From Haliotis cracherodii (Eukaryota), in the NCBI RefSeq assembly GCF_022045235.1, contig NW_027266274.1:3100001-3164000 (forward strand): 64,000 bases of DNA, read 5' to 3'. This document shows, piece by piece, positions 13,301-25,162 of the stretch; position 1 is the stretch's first letter, and every line of letters begins with the position of its first letter. The position numbers were made by a program, and so were the translations under genes. The notes beneath the pieces are model-generated. The model did not search any database, was not told where the DNA came from, and saw only the letters and a list, made by a program, of their open reading frames with translations.

Positions 13301-16300
13301 AGTATGATGCATGTGTCAAGGTGTAAGTGACAGTTCAGTGTGATGCATGTGTCAAGGTGTAGGTGACAGTTCAGTGTGATGCATGTGTCAAGGCGTAGGT
13401 GACAGTTGAGTGTGATGCATGTGTCAAGGTGTAGGTGACAGTTCAGTGTGATGCATGTGTCAAGGCATAGGTGACAGTTCAGTGTGATGCATGTGTCAAG
13501 GCATAGGTGACAGTTCAGTGTGATGCATGTGTCAAGGTGTAGGTGACAGTTCAGTGTGATGCATGTGTCAAGGCATAGGTGACAGTTCAGTGTGATGCAT
13601 GTGTCAAGATGTAGACAACAGTTCAGTGAGATGCATGTGTAAAGGCGTAGGTGACAGTTGAGTGTGATGCATGTGTCAAGGTGTAGGCAACAGTTGAGTG
13701 TGATGCATGTGTCAAGATGTAGACAACAGTTGAGTGTGATGCATGTGTCAAGGTGTAGGTGACAGTTGAGTGTGATGCATGTGTAAAGGCGTAGGTGACA
13801 GTTGAGTGTGATGCATGTGTCAAGGTGTAGACAACAGTTCAGTGTTATGTAATAGTAGTGAAGCGACTGATGAGAGACATGCGATGACATCTAAATAGTT
13901 TGTCTTGCAAAAAATGTAAAGTTTGCTTTACCTGCCCAGCATCTGCCCTGCTCCTGTGAACGCCCTGACAGGTACTTTAGGCTTGACATACTCTTCATTG
14001 CGATGATCTTCCATGTTGAGATTGACTTCTCCACCCTTGGCCAATCGTATGAGTTCTCTTGGCACCTCACTAAACACATACAAAGAAGTCATCCCTGGCC
14101 TCTGCCATATCTGTAAATATCATGCTTTGATGTGATGTGAGTGAAAGAACAAATGTTAATAAAGACATCTGTTGTCAAAGTTGACTCAAACAGTGTATAG
14201 AATCTCAATCTATTAAACATATTGTCACCAAAATACTTCCTGAATAACTAAAAGAATATTGACTAAACATGCTGAATGATCTGACTGGCAGCTGTGGATG
14301 TTATATAAAAACATAAGGGATGAGGAATTACAGGTATCATGGGTACAACACATACGTTGATATGGACTCGGCTGATCATGTTACTCGTTTTCTGCCAGTC
14401 AGATCTTGCTCAAATAAAAAAAGCTGTTTAAGTTACAAAATAGCTGTGCTGAGCTTTACTTAAATCTATGTTTCAGTAATATTTGTACTTTCAAATATAG
14501 AAATTTAATTGTGATGTTTGGCAAAAACAAAAGTACCCTTTTCCTATTGAATCTAAGAAATCTTTATTTGCAGGGTCGTTGTAATCTCTCCACGGACCGT
14601 CATCCATACTAAATCCATTTTTCCACAGTTTCAATACCATATCAACCTGAAACACAACACAATAACTTTTTTGTCTGCTGGTAGATCAACTGCAAGTACA
14701 AAATTGTACTAAGCATCCCTTACTTGAACCCTATATCTGACAACACACACACGTCAGACATCCTTACTTGAACCCTATATCTGACAACACACATACGTCA
14801 GACATCCTTACTTGAACCCTACATCTGACAACACACATACGTCAGACATCCTTACTTGAACCCTATATCTGACAATACACATACATGAGACATCCTTACT
14901 TGAACCCTACATCTGACAAGACACATACGTCAGACATGCCTCACTTGAACCCTATATCTGACAATACACATACATGAGACATCCTTACTTGAACCCTACA
15001 TCTGACAACACACATACATCAGACATTCCTTACTTGAATCCTATATCTGACAACACACATACATGAGACATCCTTACTTGAACCCTACATCTGACAAGAC
15101 ACATACGTCAGACATGCCTTACTTTGAACCCTACATCTGACAAGACACATACGTCAGACATGCCTTACTTGAACCCTATATCTGACAATACACATACATG
15201 AGACATCCTTACTTGAACCCTACATCTGACAACACACATACATCAGACATTCCTTACTTGAATCCTATATCTGACAACACACATACATGAGACATCCTTA
15301 CTTGAACCCTACATCTGACAACACACATACGTCAGACATCCTTACTTGAACCCTACATCTGACAACACACATACATGAGACATCCTTACTTGAACCCTAC
15401 ATCTGACAATACACATACGTCAGACATCCTTACTTGAACCCTACATCTGACAACACACATACGTCAGACATCCTTACTTGAACCCAACATCTGACAAGAC
15501 ACATACGTCAGACATCCTTACTTGAACCCTACATCTGACAACACACATACGTCAGACATCCTTACTTGAACCCAACATCTGACAAGACACATACATCAGA
15601 CATCCTTACTTGAACCCTACATCTGACAACACACATACCTCAAACATCCTTACTTGAACCCTACATCTGACAACACACATACGTCAGACATCCTTAATTG
15701 AACCCTACATCTGACAACACACATACGTCAGACATCCTTACTTGAATCCTATATCTGACAAGACACATACAACTAATACTTGGACTCAGTCCAGGTTGTC
15801 AATCCAGGTTACCCCGAGACTACTGTGCACCTATTACCTGTCTTGATTCTTTCACTTTTGCACCTTGTACTGTATGAGAGGTCCCCTCTGTGTCCCCAAG
15901 TCTGTATCCAGTACCTCTGAATGATGGACCTGCTTTTTTCCGCTTGTTTTCACTTGCATCAACAACTTCAGCCCCGTGTCTATAAAGCAGATGAAACAGC
16001 ACATACATACATGCTATATATGCCTCCTCTCAACACTAATACCCTGACAGCTGGAGACTAACTTGACTATGTTTCGGTTTCGGCGGCCTGTAAACCATAG
16101 GTCTGGGCAAGGCAAACCAGTAACAGAGGAATGATCCCATGCTGTAAAGGTATAACACACAGCTATCACCCCCGGCAGCTCAACTACCTTCAGTATTCTC
16201 TATGTCTTCCATCACTATGCATAACAGGCCTTACCCATAGTCATCAGGACTCATATACAGTCAAGTCTCGTTAATCCGACACTCGTTATTCCCACAATCG

Positions 16301-19300
16301 GCTTTATCCGACACTAATGATGGGAACCGATTAAATCAGTGCTATTTAGACCCGTTAATCCGACAGTCTAGCACTCCAACTCTGACACACCTTATTTGCA
16401 ACGAATTACCGAAATCACTCATTAATCATTTAATCCGACACAGTGATCTGCGTACTCCACTGTCATCTGCCCTCGAGTACACAGCCCAGTGTTTTGATGT
16501 TAGACGAGTCGGCTGGTAGCTGCATATTACAATGGCTGCAGAGATTAACTTGCTTAAAAATAAACAATTAATGAACAGTTAGTGTTTGTATCGTTATCTA
16601 TTGTGTAGTTGTCTGATTTTCAATCACGAACGTTGATATTACTTAATTTCGTTTATCCAACATACTCGTTAATCCAACATAATCATATGCAACCAACCAT
16701 GTCGGATTAACAAGACTTGACTGTATGCCAGACAACTTATCAACTGTAGACATCACACCCATAAGTATATTTTGTGAATAGGCTTAAGAAACGGATGCTA
16801 ATATAAGAGATAACTTCATATTTAAAATGTATTGCAGTAGTTTCTTTCACACAAAAATATTTGTTGAAGGTAAGTGCATATTAAATGTTTCTTTTCTCAG
16901 AACTGACTCTTTTGCAGACTTGAAAAGTGTATCCACCACCTCATCTGGTTCAGATTTCTTCTTTGGCGGGCCCAGTACCTGCTGTCCACTGAAACATGAC
17001 AGTCAATGACAATCAACCAATCTACTTGTATCAGTAGGACTGAAAAAACATAAGGCTGTTTGAAACATGACATTAATTCAATTGTAGTAGGCACTTTAAA
17101 TTTAACTGACATTTCTATACTAATAAGATATACAATCAACGTTCAGACTGTCCATTCCCCCTTAATATCACCTCATCACCAAGTTTTGTTTGAGACAAGG
17201 AAATCCCCATTTGTGCAGGGTTTCATAGCATGTACACCGTCAGGACCCAGCGAACTCAGCCACATGTCAGACTGTAGATGTCAAGTAGGTCACTGTAGTC
17301 TCCCACTGTGCATGTTGCCAGACTGTAGATGTCAAGTAGGTCACTGTAGTCTCCCACTGTGCATGTTGCCAGACTGTAGATGTCAAGTAGGTCACTGTGG
17401 TCTCCCACTGTGCATGTTGCCAGACTGTAGATGTCAAGTAGGTCACTGTAGTCTCCCACTGTGCATGTTGCCAGACTGTAGATGTCAAGTAGGTCACTGT
17501 AGTCTCCCACTGTGCATGTTGCCAGACTGTAGATGTCAAGTAGGTCACTGTAGTCTCCCACTGTGCATGTTGCCAGACTGTAGATGTCAAGTAGGTCACT
17601 GTGGTCTCCCACTGTGCATGTTGCCAGACTGTAGATGTCAAGTAGGTCACTGTAGTCTCCCACTGTGCATGTTGCCAGACTGTAGATGTCAAGTAGGTCA
17701 CTGTAGTCTCCCACTGTGCATGTTGCCAGACTGTAGATGTCAAGTAGGTCACTGTAGTCTCCCACTGTGCATGTTGCCAGACTGTAGATGTCAAGTAGGT
17801 CACTGTAGTCTCCCACTGTGCATGTTGCCAGACTGTAGATGTCAAGTAGGTCACTGTAGTCTCCCACTGTGCATGTTGCCAGACTGTAGATGTCAAGTAG
17901 GTCACTGTAGTCTCCCACTGTGCATGTTGTCAGACTGTAGATGTCAAGTAGGTCACTGTAGTCTCCCACTGTGCATGTTGCCAGACGGTAGATGTCAAGT
18001 AGGTCACTGTAGTCTCCCACTGTGCATGTTGCCAGACTGTAGATGTCAAGTAGGTCACTGTGGTCTCCCACTGTGCATGTTGCCACACGGTAGATGTCAA
18101 GTAGGTCACTGTAGTCTCCCACTGTGCATGTTGCCAGACTGTGGATGTCAAGTAGGGCACTGTGGTCTCCCACTGTGCATTTTGCCAGACGGTAGATGTC
18201 AAGTAGGTCACTGTGGTCTCCCACTGTGCATGTTGTCAGACTGTGGATGTCAAGTAGGTCACTGTGGTCTCCCACTGTGCATGTTGCCAGACTGTGGATG
18301 TCAAGTAGGTCACTGTGGTCTCCCACTGTGCATGTTGCCAGACTGTGGATGTCAAGTAGGTCACTGTAGTCTCCCACTGTACATGTTTCCAGACTGTGGA
18401 TGTCAAGTAGGTCACTGTGGTCTCCCACTGTGCATGTTGCCAGACTGTGGATGTCAAGCAGGTCACTGTGGTCTCTCACTGTGCATGTTGCCAGACTGTG
18501 GATGTCAAGTAGGGCACTGTGGTCTCCCACTGTGCATGTTGCCAGACTGTGGATGTCAAGTGGGTCACTGTGGTCTCCCACTGTGCATGTTGCCAGACGG
18601 TAGATGTCAAGTAGGTCACTGTGGTCTCCCACTGTGCATGTTGCCAGACTGTGGATGTCAAGTAGGTCACTGTGGTCTCCCACTGTGCATTGTTGCCAGA
18701 CTGTAGATGTCAAGTAGGTCACTGTGGTCTCCCAGTGACCTACTTACCAGACTGTAGATGTCAAGTAGGTCACTGTGGTCTCCCATTTGGCATGTTGCCA
18801 GACTGTAGATGTCAAATAGGTCACTGTGGTCTCCCATTTGGCATGTTGCCAGACTGTAGATGTCAAGTAGGTCACTGTGGTCTCCCATTTGGCATGTTGC
18901 CAGACTGTAGATGTCAAATAGGTCACTGTGGTCTCCCATTTGGCATGTTGCCAGACTGTAGATGTCAAGTAGGTCACTGTGGTCTCCCATTTGGCATGTT
19001 GCAAGACTGCACAGCGATTTGCGGCACCTTGGACTGGGCCGTTGTGCCCCCAGGATAATATGATGGGGAAAGACATTGAACTTCTGTTACTTGTAACCAT
19101 GGTAACAAATGAGAAATGACAATGGGGTAAAAAACTCTTCCTCATCCTCTACACTGAAGCTGACTTTGTGAACATGGAAACCAATCTTACCTGCGTTCTG
19201 AACCTCCAGCATAGAAGGCTTGCCCTTCATCTGAGTCAGAATCTTCCTCCTTGTCCTTCATACTTGAGATTGTAGCAAACCTGAAACATGAGACACTTAT

Positions 19301-22300
19301 CAATGTTTATAGATTCAGATTGTCCTTATAGACTTTCATTACCAATCCTACAGAGGAACTGTGTTACCTCAGGCTGGTACCCATGGTCCTGTAATTAGTG
19401 ACATGTTGAACCTGTGCATATCCAGGCTAGAATAGGTCTTCAGCAACCCATGCTTGTCATAAGAGGCGACTGTGCTTGTTGTAAGAGGGGACTAACAGGA
19501 TTTGGTGGTCACATTGGCTGACTTGGTTGATGCATGTCATCGAATCCCAAATGCATGGATCAATGCTCATGATATCAAACATGGATTGTCTGGTTCAGAC
19601 TCAATTATTTACAGACCGCTGTCATATAGCTTGAATATAGCTGAGTGCAGCGTTAAACAACAAACAAACACAGTTATAAGTAAGTTGAAATTTGAAAAAC
19701 AGTCAGGGGACTAAAAAATATTTTAATCTTTTCACAATCAGTATTTTGCTTAAACAGATACTTCCGTTGCTATCTAGAGACCACTTCCACTAAAAGGCCT
19801 TCTTAAACCTGTCATAATCCCTTCCCTGCTACACTATGGAGCAGTGATTCTATATACTGGTACAAGCTACAAGGTTCACCTTGATCCTCCTCCAGACTGT
19901 CCCGCACTCTGTGACCTGCCACCACCATCACCACTAGAAGGCGCTGCTGTCTCCTGAATATCTTCACCATCATCATCAACCTCCACAACCTGAGGCTCAG
20001 CATCACCATCTTCATAGAAACTTGCCATTGCAAGCTGAAGAACAATTAACTCTCTATGAATTTGTTTGGTGTGTTTGCCAGGGCACAACAATCATGACAA
20101 TAGCATTAGCATTCTATTCTTTCCACAAGTAGAAGTTGTTCCAGAAACACACAACAGAAACATACACATGATGATTGATGAGTTGACTCATGAAGGTACC
20201 TATCTGCTCTTTTCACAAGTTGATATATGCAGAGATCAACATTAAGAATCTACAATAAACAAGATAAAAACATAAAATCATTATCATGCTTATAAACATG
20301 CGAATGTCAGCTTAAATGTGTTTAGATATTTATGAGTAGTATGATATTGCTTTCATGGTTCATGTTGTAACTGACTGACAGTAGAAAAATTATGTTACTT
20401 ATTCACAAAGTGATAATAGGCTCGTTTGCCACTTCACTCGGAGAGAACAGGAGAACAGTTTCATTCAAAGCCAATAATTTCAAATGATGACACTATATTT
20501 CCTGATCAATGTAGATCCATATCAAGTCAGCAGGAATGTGAAAAGATAATGAATAAGTTGAACCTTTCAACAGGAAAACAGTAACACTTCAGTTTCCCTT
20601 CTTCAGCCACGGTTGCTATTTTTAGAATGCACATGAAAAACTTTACTTATTACTGTTTTCAGGTCACATCAAATGAAAGAAAGGTGGATTCAACATTATC
20701 ATGTACTTGACATGCATACTTCTTGGGATGTATTACAAGACTGCATAACCACAGCGAGGCCAGCACATGTATATTTGCATCTGACACACTATGCATAGTG
20801 TTTGTATCAGTTTTAGGTCAGAAAATATAGGAACAATACATTTGCATATCGCAATCCAAGAAGCAATTGGACATGTGGAATTAACAACATGAACAAGCCA
20901 ATCAGCATGGAGCAAAATATTATAAAGCTCAGTGAGAATTATACTAAAAATAATTTCACTTTTATCTATTGCCTATGAGTAATACTTATAACGGTAACAT
21001 TGTTTGTCTTTTCCATGACAAATTCTGAGAAATATGTTAATGCACATGTCGCATAAAAGACTTGAGATATACTGTAGTTAGTTTTTGTATTTTCAGTATC
21101 AAATGGGGTGTTGTCACTTTTCATAGTCCTTGGTCGAAATAAAAATTGTGTACTCTTGGGTAAAATATCCCATCAGAACAGCAAACTTACATTTGTCCAG
21201 GGTTGTGATGATATACAACATGTTTTTTATATCACATTTTGTTACACTTACTCCAACTGCTGTTTGACTTTGAATCGCCTACTATGAACAACTCTGAACA
21301 TGATGTACAGGGACAGCATCGCTAGCAGAAGTTTCAGCTCTGCATATCACCACTGAAATCACATCATCACTCTGACTGTCTTTTACATAACCATGACAAC
21401 TGAACATGCTGAACATCTTTTGTGAAATTGATAATTCATCTGAAAAGCCTATTTTCCATATCATTTGAATCAAGATTTCACTGACATCATACAAAGACAA
21501 AGTAAAATATTTGATAATACTTTTGTGCAGAGTGTATACTTTTTCTTTGTACAGTTTATAACTTGAAAAAATACACTGACAATCCAAATATAGGACTGAA
21601 TTAAAACACATATTGTTTGGGAACTTGGTGGATAACAACCTCCATGATATCATTCAATGTTCACTTTGACTGTGAGCATGTTACAGCCAGTACAAAATCT
21701 GCATCAGCTACTATCTAATCTGAATTTCAGATAGTACTGGGAAGGCCGAACTCATAAATCGAGAGATTCTGATGTTGGTACCAGGAGTGCCAAACCGATG
21801 GATTACTATGAGTGCAGTGAACCATGAATGCATACTGTTTTATGATGTAGACAAGTTATTCACAGTTATTGACTGTTTACAGCTGTAGCTAGTGAGTCTA
21901 CTCATGATGTGGATGTTTTTACAGATAAAGCTTAAGAAGATCAAAAATATTAAAGACTAATTGACTGTGTTTACACTTGCAATGAGTCTACTCATGATTT
22001 AGACATGTTTAGCAGATAAAGCGCTTGTTTGTGAAGATCAAACACACCGAAAAGCTTTCATATGCCAAATTGTAATAATTGAAATAACATAGATATGAAA
22101 CTGAGTAAAACTGCATGCTATATGAGTCTTATCTTCCACAATAATACCACCAAAATGGCGAATGCGAGAGGAGGACAGCTGCTGTACTATGGCAGGTACA
22201 GATTTTGTTGCAAAAGCGTACATAATGAAACAAAGCATTCAAAGTAACAAGACCTTCGGATTGTTAGCCTGACAGCTAACCGACTGAGCTATGTCTATAC

Positions 22301-23813
22301 TGTGAAACACAGTGCAAATTTACCTAGTCATGCCTACGACATTATGGAACTGAACGAAAAGGGTCGAATAGGTGACGGACACTTCCAAAGGTTACGGGTA
22401 GGCATGGCGTCTCGTGACTTTAGTCTACAGACACTTACGATTGATCCCTATGCCACTTGGCACTCTCGTCCCATTCCGTAATCTACAAGATACCCAGTGG
22501 CGAGGAATGATCCGATATGGCGCGAACTGAAAACGGCACCAGGCGTCAGACGTCGAACTCGCGAGTACGCATGAATGACATGGTATTTAATAATTCGTCG
22601 GGTGGATTTTGTGACAGAAAAGTTTGGTAGGGAAAACTGTAAGGATGATGTGGATAATAGTAAAGAACGAGGGAGGCATGAGCATGGCTAATGACGACAC
22701 AACTGTGAGATTTTTAATCAGTACTGAAAAAATGTAGCCGGTGAAAGTGGCTTGTGTGAATGATCTAGGACAGTATCCAGAAGCCAAAGTATTCAACACA
22801 AAACCATTTCATCCTTTTTACTTGACGTTTTTGTGTGAAGAATATTAGGAGCCACAATAGAATCTATAATAGCCACTAAACGGGTAGATCTACCTAACCC
22901 TAATGATTGTAAGGGATGATTGATCGTAAAGGGGATCCAAGGGCTAAGGATAGAGTTCAGGGTAACCTACCCTAACACTGGCGACATTTGGATGTGTTCA
23001 GTGCTAATAAACTGCATTCTTATGCACAACTAATGAACATTAATGAACCGACAAAAAATATATATGTATACTACAAATTACGTCATAGGGTATTGTCACA
23101 TGTTTGAAAAGTTTGTGGTACTGTATGCTAAAGGTAGGCCCAATATACCTGTCTCGAGGGATTCCTCGGAAGTAGTTTTAGAACTCAAGATCACAACTTC
23201 TTGTGAGAAATGTTCTCTCACATGTCACCTCAAATTATGTTGGATTAATTCGTTAAAAGAGATAGCTAACTCAAAACTAACCCTAAGGACCGTAAAGGGG
23301 AGGTTGATGGGGGCCGATTGATGGATATTAAAGTGGTACCTAAACCTCAGGAAGGAAAGAAGATCCAAGGACTAAGGATAAAGTTAGGGGTAACCTGCCC
23401 CAAACCCAAAGAATCGACGAGGCACTCGAGATATATGCAGAGAGGTACAACCGGCAGTCTGAACAATATTAGCTCTATGAGGTGCGCCCGGTAATCTGCA
23501 ATTTTGCTGTCTTTCTCTAATTTTGCTTTTGTCCTACGAAAGGGAGTAAAATACCGTATCAACTCAAGACCTGTCCAGAACTATATCTAGTAGAAAGGGT
23601 TTGCATGTGCCAAGACTCGTGGAGTTGTGCGTGTTTCTACATCGAGGTACAAGAAAAGAAGAACTACATAGAACAGGATGAAAATGCAATTTTATACTGT
23701 TTGCACGTTACCTCTAGATTCCATGCAGCCGATTCAAGGTGGAATCTTGCTCTATCGACATCGATACCAGTTACACCAACGAATTGGTCAATGAGTTCTT
23801 GTTTGTCAGCCAT
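10399..23813 (-). CDS. NSFL1C: NSFL1 cofactor p47 (UBA-SEP-SHP-UBX p97/VCP adaptor), 10 exons, 384 aa
   Basis: Exons (minus): 23813-23712, 20034-19880, 19280-19191, 16988-16908, 15979-15838, 14646-14537, 14069-13932, 11956-11813, 11150-11091, 10531-10399. All introns are GT-AG, phases are consistent, total 1155 nt. Motifs: [16 protein letters not shown]...[19 protein letters not shown] (UBA), [42 protein letters not shown] (SEP), [10 protein letters not shown] (SHP), [27 protein letters not shown]...[10 protein letters not shown]...LLNAVIVQR (UBX). Confidence 0.95.
10532..11090 (-). other. U12-type (minor spliceosome) GT-AG intron 9 of NSFL1C
   Basis: 5' splice site GTATCCTTT at 11090-11082. 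Branch site TTCCTTGAC at 10549-10541, about 10 nt from the AG at 10533-10532, with no polypyrimidine tract in between. Confidence 0.88.
12000..12185 (-). mobile_element. SINE 3' fragment (same family as 36535-36815)
   Basis: Shares gaggtgaaatggggtttaa...gcttgtactag...gtgctagc..tgagataccatgc..cagtttaacat.aatacccc with the copy at 36535-36680. Confidence 0.6.
12185..13845. repeat. 36-bp minisatellite in NSFL1C intron 7, about 46 copies
   Basis: Unit cagttcagtgtgatgcatgtgtcaaggtgtaggtga; source of the [11 protein letters not shown] ORFs. Confidence 0.95.
14715..15770. repeat. 44-bp minisatellite in NSFL1C intron 5, about 24 copies
   Basis: Unit cttacttgaaccctacatctgacaacacacatacgtcagacatc, with an internal inverted pair tctgac/gtcaga. 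Confidence 0.95.
16258..16723. mobile_element. Tc1/mariner-pogo-type MITE with TA target duplication
   Basis: TA|CAGTCAAGTCTCGTTAATCCGAC ... GTCGGATTAACAAGACTTGACTG|TA; a second copy lies at 42771-43154. Confidence 0.88.
17262..19005. repeat. 51-bp minisatellite in NSFL1C intron 3, about 34 copies
   Basis: Unit ccagactgtagatgtcaagtaggtcactgtagtctcccactgtgcatgttg; gives spurious 548-aa (+) and 488-aa (-) ORFs. Confidence 0.95.
19425..19670 (+). mobile_element. SINE body/tail (family also at 33510-33670 +, 35020-35230 +, 29985-30110 -, 48575-48665 -)
   Basis: Shared block ggattgtctggtccagactcgattatttacagaccgc.gtcatatagctggaatattgctgag..cggcgttaaacaacaaacaaac found several times in the window. 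Confidence 0.7.
22252..22975 (+). mobile_element. ~720-bp non-coding interspersed repeat, copy 1 (NSFL1C intron 1)
   Basis: Colinear with the reverse complement of 58675-59465, e.g. gtcatgccta.gac.tta.ggaactgaacgaaaagggtcgaataggtgacggacactt. The terminal module ccctaa/ggatccaagggctaagga also recurs at about 23275-23410. Confidence 0.8.
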
Positions 23814-24014
23814 GTTGGAATGATTGAGCAACAAAAGTAATACTCGATATTCCATTCATGCTCGACATATCTGTGACTGGTTAAATGAAATCCTACAAAC
23901 GTGCCTTCCACAGGAGAGTTCCATTTCAGCATATTTACTTCCCTTGGTTGTGTTTGCACAATTGTTTCCTTTTTAGATCACAGGTTCTTGAAAAAAGTTC
24001 ACATTTCTATATAC

Positions 24015-24190
24015 NNNNNNNNNNNNNNNNNNNNNNNNNNNNNNNNNNNNNNNNNNNNNNNNNNNNNNNNNNNNNNNNNNNNNNNNNNNNNNNNNNNNNN
24101 NNNNNNNNNNNNNNNNNNNNNNNNNNNNNNNNNNNNNNNNNNNNNNNNNNNNNNNNNNNNNNNNNNNNNNNNNNNNNNNNNNNNNNNNNN
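24015..24190. other. Assembly gap (176 N) just upstream of NSFL1C
   Basis: Run of n bases. Confidence 0.99.
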
Positions 24191-24320
24191 GTAGCCTCGT
24201 CATGCCGACGGACTCACATGGTTACACAGTGTGTGACGGCCTTTTCTGGTGTCCCCCGTCGTGTTATTGCTGGAATACTGCTAACAGCGGCGTTAAAAAT
24301 ACTACCTCACTCACACATGC
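24191..24320 (+). mobile_element. tRNA-derived SINE, partial copy next to the gap
   Basis: tttctggtgtcccccgtcgtgttattgctggaatactgctaacagcggcgttaaaa...ctcactcac matches 30231-30352 and 61008-61163. Confidence 0.65.
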
Positions 24321-24324
24321 ATAA

Positions 24325-25100
24325 TGGCAGCCTGAGGCATGACGTTCCAATCTCGGATGAGAGCTCTTTGCAGAGCCCCAAGATCATATGGCACTGGGCG
24401 TCCAAACTCATCCCAGGGGTTTTCAAACGGGCTTGAGGCATGAGGACATCATTGTCGTGAAGGAGGCATAGTCCTCGTGAATGGTAACACAACTGCGACC
24501 AATATCTCATTTTCGGAACACTGAGCTCTTTGTTGCCTACAAAAAACTTGCAATGTCCTTGTACACTAGCACCCAATACCATCATGGAGCCGCCAGGAAA
24601 TCAATGATGCGCTGCCACAGCAGCATCCTCAAAACAACACTAAATTTACTCCCATCTGATAACAAAACCAGTGATCACTGACGTTGATTCAACCGCTGCT
24701 GACATCGTCATCACAGCAAACATACTTAATAAAATGCCACTGACGTGGTATCGGTGGTGAACAAATTAATGGACATCGACAACAGTGACCAGCAGAAAGA
24801 CCCTGCTTCTAATGAAGGCCGTGCCGTCATTCCCTTAAAATGACGTGACGCCAGAAACATGCTACGCAGGAGACGATTATCAAGGTACCAATGCAGCCTG
24901 TGTTGTGGTCTTTGAGCACATGCAGCAGCATCAGTACCGGTGGTGTGTGGACTTTGAGTGACGTTAAAGCCTCTTGCCACCTGACGTTGACTGTATCACC
25001 CGTTTGGAGCATCTCAATAGTTGAGTCACATTTGTCATTACTCAGGAATCGACACATCGTTTCAGTTTTCATCTGCAACTGTTAATGAGGTTGGGAAGAT
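24325..25100 (-). mobile_element. Decayed Tc1-like transposase
   Basis: Minus-strand fragments RFLSNDKCDSTIEMLQTGDTVNV/ARGFNV (Tc1 N-terminal HTH), LHDN (second catalytic D) and SSPFENPWDEFGR (like SPDLNPIEHLWDEL), broken by frameshifts. Confidence 0.55.
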
Positions 25101-25162
25101 TGGGTCCACAACTCGAGGTGCACGTATAGATATTTAATGACGCTTTGTTGTGTTTGGGTGTT

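Noticed and set aside
12185-13890. 243- and 340-aa [11 protein letters not shown] ORFs with an LRR-like appearance
   Set aside because: 36-bp array inside NSFL1C intron 7; the flanking exons join in frame without it.
17060-18722. 548-aa Cys-rich (+) and 488-aa (-) ORFs
   Set aside because: Translations of a 51-bp intronic minisatellite; no non-repetitive domain or splice support.
23885-24436. ORFs spanning X runs
   Set aside because: Created by the assembly gap.
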